A DNA stretch of 64,000 bases from a bacterium OM1 bin76 (lineage in GTDB: Bacteria; Actinomycetota; Acidimicrobiia; Spongiisociales; ZC4RG35): NCBI GenBank assembly GCA_002238785.1, contig MPNA01000003.1, positions 7,368 through 71,367 on the forward strand, written 5' to 3'. Numbering within the stretch: position 1 is the stretch's first letter; every line of letters begins with the position of its first letter. The translations under genes were made by a program, and so were the position numbers. The notes under the pieces are model-generated. The model worked only from the letters and a program-made list of their open reading frames with translations, searched no databases and was not told the origin of the DNA. Shown one piece after another: positions 57,106-64,000 of the stretch.

Positions 57106-58130
57106 CAGACGCGGCTCCCTTCTCCCACCCACCAGGGCTCCGGCACCCGGCCGGTGGCCATCAGTTGATCTATCTGGTCCGTTACATACTCTTTGTTCGG
57201 CATGTATCGCAACTCCAACTCCCGCCCGAACGGCACGGGGACATCGGGGCATGTAACTCGTAGGACCGGCGCCTTCAGTTCACCGAATAGGCGGGAACCG
57301 ACATAGGCGGAGATCTCAGTCCCCCAACCGGAGGTGTAAGGGCTCTCCTCCACGATTACCAGCCGACCGGTCCGCCGCACCGCCGAGACAACCGCGTCAC
57401 GATCCCATGGGATGAGGGTTTGGAGGTCGATGACTTCCGCCGACCAGTTGTCCGAAGACTTGGCGGCGGCCATGGCCACCCGCAACATCGCTCCGGCGGT
57501 AACGATGGTGACATCGTCGCCTTCCCGGACCCGGGCGATCTCTCCCAGCGGAATAATCCCCTCTTCTCCCCTGGTCACCGGACCGCGGCCGCCGTACAGT
57601 GCCCGCGGTTCCAAAACGACCACCGGATTGGGATCGCGGATCGCCGACCGCATCAGCCCGTAGGCAGATTGGGGTCCGGAGGCAACGGCCATCTTCAGGC
57701 CGGGGGCATTGTTCAACCAGTTCTCAAACGTCTGGGAGTGTTGGCATCCAAACCCCAACCCGGCGCCGACCGAAGCCCGAACCACCATCGGACATGTGAA
57801 TACCCCGTTGGAGAGGAAATGGAATTTGGCTGCTTCTGTCACCACCTGGTCGAGCGCCACTCCCAAGAATTCGATGAACATGATCTCGGCCACCGGGCGC
57901 AGTCCCGAAGCGGCGGCGCCAACCGCCATGCCGAGAAATCCCATTTCCGATATCGGAGTGTCTCTCACCCGCAGCGGTCCGAACTCCTCCAGCAGTCCGT
58001 CCGAGGTCTTGAAAGGTCCCCCGGCAGCCGCCACGTCCTCCCCGAATACCACCACCGTGGGGTCTTGGCGCATCTCATCGCCAAGGGCGGCCGCCACCGC
58101 CTGGTTCATCCGCATTCGGGCCATTACCAC
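57105..58130 (-). CDS. 2-oxoacid dehydrogenase E1 component beta subunit
   Basis: …VVVFGEDVAAAGGPFKTSDGLLEEFGPLRVRDTPISEMGFLGMAVGAAASGLRPVAEIMF…. Confidence 0.85.
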   Translation of the reverse strand: MVMARMRMNQAVAAALGDEMRQDPTVVVFGEDVAAAGGPFKTSDGLLEEFGPLRVRDTPISEMGFLGMAVGAAASGLRPVAEIMFIEFLGVALDQVVTEAAKFHFLSNGVFTCPMVVRASVGAGLGFGCQHSQTFENWLNNAPGLKMAVASGPQSAYGLMRSAIRDPNPVVVLEPRALYGGRGPVTRGEEGIIPLGEIARVREGDDVTIVTAGAMLRVAMAAAKSSDNWSAEVIDLQTLIPWDRDAVVSAVRRTGRLVIVEESPYTSGWGTEISAYVGSRLFGELKAPVLRVTCPDVPVPFGRELELRYMPNKEYVTDQIDQLMATGRVPEPWWVGEGSRV

Positions 58131-59563
58131 AACTCCTCCAGCATCTTGACTCCTGCTTCCACCAGGATCGCCTCCGTTTCGGGGGCCACCTGCTCGATCA
58201 AACCGTAACTATGGTGGGCGTAGTCCACCTCGTAACCACCATGAGGGTACTCAGCGGCACTGGGCAGGTAGGAAATGACCCCGTTGGAGTATCCCGAGAA
58301 GATGGTGTTGGCTCGGTCGGTGGGAGACCGATCCCTGATGGCCAAAGCGATCTCGGCAAAAGCCTCTCCGGGGATGGCCACGATGGCGGTTTCCCCAATC
58401 CGGATGGCTTGTATGAAGGCTGGAACCCGGTCGTAGGGGGCTTCCTCCAACTGGGCGATCGCCGCCTCCGCCCAACTGATGTGGTACTGGATGGGGTTGA
58501 GTTCCTCGGGTCCGGCGCCAGCCTCCTTGGCTTCCTCCAAGTTGCCCTGGTAATGGTCCAGTTCAGCCTGAACTTCGGCGATGGTGGGTACCCGCTTGAG
58601 AGGCAGGTCGACCATGGTTGATGCGACAGCCAGTTCCTGAGGCGGCTGGTTGTCGGCCCTCACCACCCGATAGAGCACAATGGGGGTAACCGAACCGTAA
58701 GCGTGGCGCTCGATTTCAGTCTCGAACGTCTCGATGTTGCCCATCGCACGGAGTGCTTCTGCCGCCAGTTTCTCGCCGAACTCCACCTCTGCCCCGGTGT
58801 CGGGGATGAAGGCCTGCAGGGGAAGGACGTTGCCACCTGCGCCTTGCAAAAACACACACATCGCCCCGGTTGCCTCTTCCACGGCGTCTCTCAAAGGCCA
58901 GGGAAAGTCGGGATTGATGGCCGGATCCTCGGGTCCCACCACCACCGGGTGGCAGCCGAAACTAACCACTACTGCCAAGGGTGTGCCGTCCTCGCGGTCG
59001 ACCCTGATAACACCCGCATCGCGATCGATGGGACCGTCGGGGTTCCAGCCCAGAATGGTATTGAGAGACCCCGCCGTTCCCTCAACACCTTGAACCCGTT
59101 CCCTGCGGTTCACCGACAGTCCCTGTACCTCCGTGCTGGTCGACCCCACCCTTACCGGCACCGTGTTCTCCGCCGCGATCAGGGCCGCCGAGACCAACTG
59201 GTGTGGAAGTATCTCCGCATACGCCCGCTCCGACGGCCTGATCTCGTCGAGCCGACCCCCCAGTTTCACCCGTCCCGGCGTGTGAGGCCCGGCATGGGTG
59301 TGGCTTACATTCAGCAGCACCGATTCAGGACGGGTGCCGATGGCCTCAGCTATCTGCTCCCTGATCATGGTGGCGTAATCGGGATTCAGAATGGCCACGT
59401 CAATTCCCAGTATCGCCACCCGCTCGGTTTCGGACTCCAGGACCAGAGCCGTGGCGGTCAGCGGCGCCCGAACTTCTATGGCGGGACGCCACCGTCGAAC
59501 GTAACCGACCAGATCGGCTGGCACGGGCGGGGTTATGTCGGTGCGGCCCACCCCACCGCACAA
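58124..59563 (-). CDS. neutral/alkaline ceramidase-like hydrolase family protein
   Basis: 479 aa with an N-terminal …ILGIDVAILNPDYA…NVSHTHAGPH… pattern resembling the bacterial neutral ceramidase N-domain. Assignment is approximate. Confidence 0.4.
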   Translation of the reverse strand: MCGGVGRTDITPPVPADLVGYVRRWRPAIEVRAPLTATALVLESETERVAILGIDVAILNPDYATMIREQIAEAIGTRPESVLLNVSHTHAGPHTPGRVKLGGRLDEIRPSERAYAEILPHQLVSAALIAAENTVPVRVGSTSTEVQGLSVNRRERVQGVEGTAGSLNTILGWNPDGPIDRDAGVIRVDREDGTPLAVVVSFGCHPVVVGPEDPAINPDFPWPLRDAVEEATGAMCVFLQGAGGNVLPLQAFIPDTGAEVEFGEKLAAEALRAMGNIETFETEIERHAYGSVTPIVLYRVVRADNQPPQELAVASTMVDLPLKRVPTIAEVQAELDHYQGNLEEAKEAGAGPEELNPIQYHISWAEAAIAQLEEAPYDRVPAFIQAIRIGETAIVAIPGEAFAEIALAIRDRSPTDRANTIFSGYSNGVISYLPSAAEYPHGGYEVDYAHHSYGLIEQVAPETEAILVEAGVKMLEELW

Positions 59564-59697
59564 ACTCGTGTTGTTAGCAGTAATGGCGCTCTCCTTGGTT
59601 GTCCTCTGATAGCAAATCCATTTTGTCCCGACTATAGGGAAGCAATCTTCAGGCCGGACCTCGCCTGCCGATGTTTTTTGGGAATGCCTGCGGTCGG

Positions 59698-60477
59698 TCA
59701 GTAGAAGAGCAACCCGCCGCTGACATTGATGGTGGCAGCCGATATGTAGCTTGCGTGGGTGGAGAGCAGAAACACCGCCACTTGGGCGATCTCTTCCGGT
59801 CTGGCCAGCCTTCCCATCGGACAGGAGGCGGCGATCGCATCGAGGTCTTCGGGGGTCAGGCCGACGCCCAGCATGGGGGTGTCAACCACCCCGGGCGCGA
59901 TGGAGTTCACCATTATCCCATGGGGAGCGTAAGCGGTGGAGAGCCCTCGGCACATGGAGACGATGCCTCCCTTCGACGCGGAATAGGCCACCGCCCCATG
60001 GCTTCCGCCCGTCCACCACCCTTGCGAACTGAGGGTGATCATGCGCCCACCCCCGCCGCGGGCCTTCAGCGTCTCGCCAACTGCCTGATTCATGAAGAAG
60101 GAAGCCTTCAGGTTCACGTTGTGCTGGACATCCCATTCCTGGCGGGTCACCTCCGCGGGGCTTGATCGGCGCACCAAGACCCCCGCGCAGTGGACCAGAC
60201 CCCACAGGTCACCGAACTCTTCCAGCACCGCCTCGACCACCGTCTGCGGGGCATCGGCGCCGGTGAGATCAATCTCCACACCCAGGTGACGATCGGGACC
60301 CTTCCATTCCTGCATTTCCTCCCGCAAAGAGGGACCGTTCAAGTCCACGCCACACACCCGCGCCCCACAGGCTGCAGCCAATCGGGCGGTAGCCCGACCG
60401 ATTCCACTGGCGGCGCCGGTAACGATCACACCCCGGCCGCTCAACCCCGCCCCTAGAGATAGATGGTCGTCTGTCAT
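59698..60477 (-). CDS. SDR-family oxidoreductase (paralog of 24165..24938)
   Basis: VTGAASGIGRATA…YSASKGGIVSMCR…ATINVSGGLLFY. Confidence 0.8.
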   Translation of the reverse strand: MTDDHLSLGAGLSGRGVIVTGAASGIGRATARLAAACGARVCGVDLNGPSLREEMQEWKGPDRHLGVEIDLTGADAPQTVVEAVLEEFGDLWGLVHCAGVLVRRSSPAEVTRQEWDVQHNVNLKASFFMNQAVGETLKARGGGGRMITLSSQGWWTGGSHGAVAYSASKGGIVSMCRGLSTAYAPHGIMVNSIAPGVVDTPMLGVGLTPEDLDAIAASCPMGRLARPEEIAQVAVFLLSTHASYISAATINVSGGLLFY

Positions 60478-60558
60478 GGTCTCACCAGGGTAGGGTGAGC
60501 AAAGCCTCTGGAGATCACTTCCGGTAGGGTAAATCTGGCTGCCAATCGGTCACCGACT

Positions 60559-61857
60559 ATGAAATCCCAGTCCTCCAATTCCCATGAGAGCCACCCGTCC
60601 AGACTGGCGCTTGTCCCAGACCTGTTGTGGAACCCGCCGGATCAGGACAGCCAATCCGGGAAGGCGTTGCTGATCTCGGGAGGGCAGATCGATGGAATCA
60701 CTGATGCCAAGGCTCTCCCTGGTGATGTGGACCGGATGACCTTTCCCGGTTGCACCCTGCTCCCTGGATTGATTGATGCTCATACCCACCTGGCCTCGTG
60801 GATGATCCCGGCTCTCCTGGCTGCGGGGGTGACCACCGTGCGGGATATCGGCAACGATCTCGACTGGATCCTGGGGCTGCGCCGGCGACTGGACGCCGAC
60901 CCCCGGCCGACTCCCCGGATTCGGTGCTGCGGGCCGGTCTTGGACGGGGAGCACGTCAACTGGCCTTTGCTGGGAGAACCCCACGCCACCGCGGAGGCTG
61001 TGGATGCGAAGATAGATCTACTGGCTGCTGCCGGGGTTGACGAGATCAAGCTCTACGTTCACCTGAACCTGGAACAGGTGAGAGCGGCGGCAACGGCCGG
61101 TAGGCGAAATCATGTGCCGGTGGTGGCTCACCTGGGTGGGGTGAACGCCTTGGAAGCGGCCCGGGCAGGCGTCGCCGAACTGCAACACTTGAGCGGGATC
61201 ATCGATCCTTTCGACGGCGCCCACCTAGTCGACCTCGAAGTTGCGGCGAAGACCCTGACGGCAGCCGACACCGCTCTGTGCCCCACTGTGGTGGTATGGG
61301 ATCGCCTGGCTCGCCTCAGCCATTTCGTCTCCAGGCCCGACCCGAGGCTTCGTTGGGTGCCAGACGAGGTCAGGCAAGCCTGGGACGCCTTCCCCCATCG
61401 CCATGATCCGGAGGGCTCCCGGGGACGCATGGCAGCCATCGAAGAGATAGAGAGGGTAATTCCCGTCTTCTACAGAGCTGGTGTCTCGATCATCGTCGGC
61501 ACGGACGCGCCTTGGCCATACCTAATCCCTGGCTTCAGCTTCCACGACGAACTGGTGATTTTGCATCGTGCGGGACTCACCCCCGCCCAGGTACTGACCG
61601 CCGCTACCCGAGAAGCGAGCCTGAGACTGGGCGTTGACCATCTCACCGGGACCCTCGAAGAAGGCAAGGCGGCCGATCTGCTGATAGCGGCGGGAAACCC
61701 CCTCTCGGAGATAGAAGACATCCGGCGGGTGCGGGAGGTCTTCCGAGGGGGGCAACGGGTTGATGTGGCCCGATTGGAACCTGGAGAATTCCACCCCGGC
61801 GACCCTGTAAACGCAAGCCTGCTCGCATACGCCGAAGGGATCTCCCGGCCGAAATAA
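60559..61857 (+). CDS. amidohydrolase-family protein
   Basis: …GCTLLPGLIDAHTHLASW… (HxH metal site) …IIVGTDAPW…. Confidence 0.7.
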   Translation: MKSQSSNSHESHPSRLALVPDLLWNPPDQDSQSGKALLISGGQIDGITDAKALPGDVDRMTFPGCTLLPGLIDAHTHLASWMIPALLAAGVTTVRDIGNDLDWILGLRRRLDADPRPTPRIRCCGPVLDGEHVNWPLLGEPHATAEAVDAKIDLLAAAGVDEIKLYVHLNLEQVRAAATAGRRNHVPVVAHLGGVNALEAARAGVAELQHLSGIIDPFDGAHLVDLEVAAKTLTAADTALCPTVVVWDRLARLSHFVSRPDPRLRWVPDEVRQAWDAFPHRHDPEGSRGRMAAIEEIERVIPVFYRAGVSIIVGTDAPWPYLIPGFSFHDELVILHRAGLTPAQVLTAATREASLRLGVDHLTGTLEEGKAADLLIAAGNPLSEIEDIRRVREVFRGGQRVDVARLEPGEFHPGDPVNASLLAYAEGISRPK

Positions 61858-62006
61858 TGCCGCCGAGGGCGCCCCTTCCCGCATAGGCGTGGTTAGGATA
61901 ATTTTGAGCGGAAGGACCGGTTTGTATACCAACATACAAGTGGGTTCGCTCCGGTTGGCGAAGACATCAATCGCCACCATGACGTTGCAAGAAAGAAGGA
62001 CCCAGA

Positions 62007-63089
62007 ATGCCACGCAAACTGATAGTCGGAATCGCAGTCATTGCCTTATTGTTGGCAGCCTGCGGAGACGACGAGGAACAGGCTCCAGCCACCACCGCGG
62101 CCCCGGCGACCACGGCCGCCGCGGTGGAAGAAGCACCGGAGGAAGTCGCAGAGGAAGAGGAGCCTGAAGAGTCCAGCGGTGCTTACGACGCTGTGATCCG
62201 CCCGGCTGAGCAGCGTTGGAAGATCGGGTATGGCGATGGCCTTTCCGGTATTCCGTTCACCGACAGCGTGACCGACAACATCAACGCCATCGCCGAAGAG
62301 ATGGGCGTGGACATTGTCTACTGCGATAACGCCTACGACCAGGAAAAGACCGTGGAGTGCTCCAACCTGCTGGTCACCCAGGAAGTTGACGGAGTGATCT
62401 TCGCCAACTGGATCGCCGGTACCGAAGAACTGATCGCCGGTATCTTCCACGATGCTGGTATCCCGTGCGTCTCCTACGACGGACCCCACCCCGGATGCGT
62501 GGCGTTCGGCCCCGACAACTATGAGGCCGGCGTGGCCGCCGGTCAATACCTGGCCGCCTTCGCCCAAGAACAGGGTTGGGCACCAGAGGACACCGAACTG
62601 TTGTTGGTCTGGACACCGGACGTGCCCGTCCACAAGGCACGCGCCGACGGCGCCACCGACGGCGTGCGGGAATCGTTCGCCATTCCCGACGAGAACATCC
62701 ACGACATCCCCACCGAGGGACTGACCGACACGCTGCCCAACGTCACCACCTGGGCCACCGCCAACCCCAACGCCAAGCACGTGCTCTGCTTCGGACACAG
62801 CGACCAACCCGGCGTGGACTGCGCGCTCGCCCTGGAACAGAGCGGCTACCTGGGACACGCCGCCGCCGTCGGCACCGGAGCCTCCACCGAGGCATTGGTG
62901 GACCTGCGTCAGCGCTCCGATGAAGAATCGGTGTTCAAAGCCACCATCTCCTACTTCCCCGAGCGCTACGGCACCTACCTGGTCCCCGCCATCGTGGACC
63001 TGATCGAAGGAAACACCGTTCCCGAACGGCTCATTCCTTCCGTTTTCCCGGTAACCCGAGACAACGTCTTCGACCTTTACCCGGGGTAG
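62007..63089 (+). CDS. sugar ABC transporter substrate-binding lipoprotein (periplasmic-binding-protein type I, RbsB-like)
   Basis: MPRKLIVGIAVIALLLAACGDDEE (lipobox) plus an Ala/Thr/Pro linker and a PBP1 body. Confidence 0.7.
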   Translation: MPRKLIVGIAVIALLLAACGDDEEQAPATTAAPATTAAAVEEAPEEVAEEEEPEESSGAYDAVIRPAEQRWKIGYGDGLSGIPFTDSVTDNINAIAEEMGVDIVYCDNAYDQEKTVECSNLLVTQEVDGVIFANWIAGTEELIAGIFHDAGIPCVSYDGPHPGCVAFGPDNYEAGVAAGQYLAAFAQEQGWAPEDTELLLVWTPDVPVHKARADGATDGVRESFAIPDENIHDIPTEGLTDTLPNVTTWATANPNAKHVLCFGHSDQPGVDCALALEQSGYLGHAAAVGTGASTEALVDLRQRSDEESVFKATISYFPERYGTYLVPAIVDLIEGNTVPERLIPSVFPVTRDNVFDLYPG

Positions 63090-63177
63090 AGATAACTAGC
63101 AAGTAATGGAGGTGCCCGGCGTCCCCGCCATGGGAAGGACCCCGGGCACCTCCCCCAAGATTTAGTGGTGAAGAGAT

Positions 63178-63951
63178 ATGGATAAAGACAGTCAACAACC
63201 GTTGATGGCGATGTCGAATGTCTCAAAGGCGTTCGGACAGGTTCAGGCTCTGGTCGACGTGAGCTTGAACCTATACCCCGGAGAGGTGGTGGGTCTGCTG
63301 GGCGACAACGGCGCCGGAAAGTCCACGCTGATCAAGATCCTGTCTGGCAACTACCATGCCGACCAGGGAACATTCGAACACCAGGGCCGGTCGGTCACCA
63401 TCAATCACCCCGCTGACGCCCAGGCACTGGGAATAGCCACCGTCTATCAGGATCTGGCGCTGGTGGAGACCCGGTCGGTTGCCCACAACATCTACCTGGG
63501 ACGCGAGCCTCGCCGTTTCGGGTGGTTCATGGACCGCCGCAAGATGGAAAAGGACGCCACGGTGATGCTGGATAGTCTGAACATCCGGTTGCCGTCCCAG
63601 AAAGTCGACGTGGAGTTGCTGTCAGGAGGACAGCGTCAGGCTGTTGCCCTGTCACGGGCCATAGCAATGGGGGGGAGCATCCTGCTGCTCGACGAGCCCA
63701 CCGCCGCCTTGGGGGTTGAACAGACTCAGCAAGTGCACCACCTGATCACCGGCATGCGCCGACAGGACAAGGCAGTGGTGGTGATAACCCACGACCTCAG
63801 TGACATTCTCGACATAACCGATCGAATCGCGGTGCTAAGACAGGGCAAGCTTTGGGCCTACGTCCCCTCCTCGGAGACCACCACCAACCAGATCATCGGA
63901 TGGATAACCGGTGTTGCCCCACCGCAGATCCAGAATGGAGCCGGCCAATGA
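63178..63951 (+). CDS. sugar ABC transporter ATP-binding protein (single-domain)
   Basis: LLGDNGAGKSTLIKIL…LSGGQRQAVALSRAI…LLLDEPTAALGVEQ. Confidence 0.8.
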   Translation: MDKDSQQPLMAMSNVSKAFGQVQALVDVSLNLYPGEVVGLLGDNGAGKSTLIKILSGNYHADQGTFEHQGRSVTINHPADAQALGIATVYQDLALVETRSVAHNIYLGREPRRFGWFMDRRKMEKDATVMLDSLNIRLPSQKVDVELLSGGQRQAVALSRAIAMGGSILLLDEPTAALGVEQTQQVHHLITGMRRQDKAVVVITHDLSDILDITDRIAVLRQGKLWAYVPSSETTTNQIIGWITGVAPPQIQNGAGQ

Positions 63952-64000
63952 TCTCGGCTTTCAAGAGGCAGGACAACTGGACCCTGATCGGTCTGTTCGT
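63948..64000 (+). CDS. ABC permease, 5-prime fragment (continues beyond window)
   Basis: ATGA overlap with the ATPase stop. MISAFKRQDNWTLIGLFV is a hydrophobic start. Confidence 0.35.
   Translation, partial: MISAFKRQDNWTLIGLF

Noticed and set aside
55597-57168. 523-aa plus-strand ORF
   Set aside because: Antisense to the E1 alpha/beta and lipoyl-protein genes. No motifs, Ser/Thr/Arg-rich.

Overview
This is a high-GC (about 65-70%) actinobacterial-type chromosomal segment. Overlapping stop/start codons (ATGA) between genes are frequent, lipoproteins carry lipobox signals, and long spurious antisense ORFs are common because of the GC content. Only the gene-sized frames are supported by recognisable protein families.

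Main contents, in order along the window:
- A conserved housekeeping core: recR and dnaX, a dGTPase-like gene, nfo, panB, the rpsF-ssb-rpsR-rplI block, pepP, add, and a 2-oxoacid dehydrogenase E1 alpha/beta pair followed by a lipoyl-domain protein.
- About 22-39 kb: a catabolic/transport island. It holds a two-subunit N,N-dimethylformamidase-like amidase, a phosphotriesterase-family hydrolase and an SDR. Two tandem-duplicated family-5 substrate-binding lipoproteins carry unusual ~110-aa Ala/Glu-rich linkers and precede Opp-type ATPases and permeases. An enolase-superfamily enzyme and sugar-isomerase-like genes follow.
- About 39-46 kb: a CUT1-type sugar ABC operon with two paralogous unknown-function proteins.
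- About 48.2-53.2 kb: an Mre11/SbcD-like nuclease gene plus a 1255-aa SbcC/Rad50-like ATPase gene. The ATPase has a central transmembrane hairpin in place of a zinc hook and long in-frame tandem repeats (3 x 384 bp and 2.3 x 252 bp).

The most notable observation concerns that last module. It sits exactly between the intact 3-prime end of add and a degenerate ~60-bp direct copy of that same 3-prime end. This att-like signature suggests the module was acquired by insertion. I rate it the best candidate in the window for an undescribed or mobile system.

Other anomalies: a ~56-nt poly-G tract interrupts dnaX exactly where the conserved segment after the Walker A motif should be, which is probably a sequencing artefact. 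There is also a frameshift in the oppD-like gene, and the usual ybaB gene between dnaX and recR is missing. I found no rRNA, tRNA or CRISPR array that I can support.
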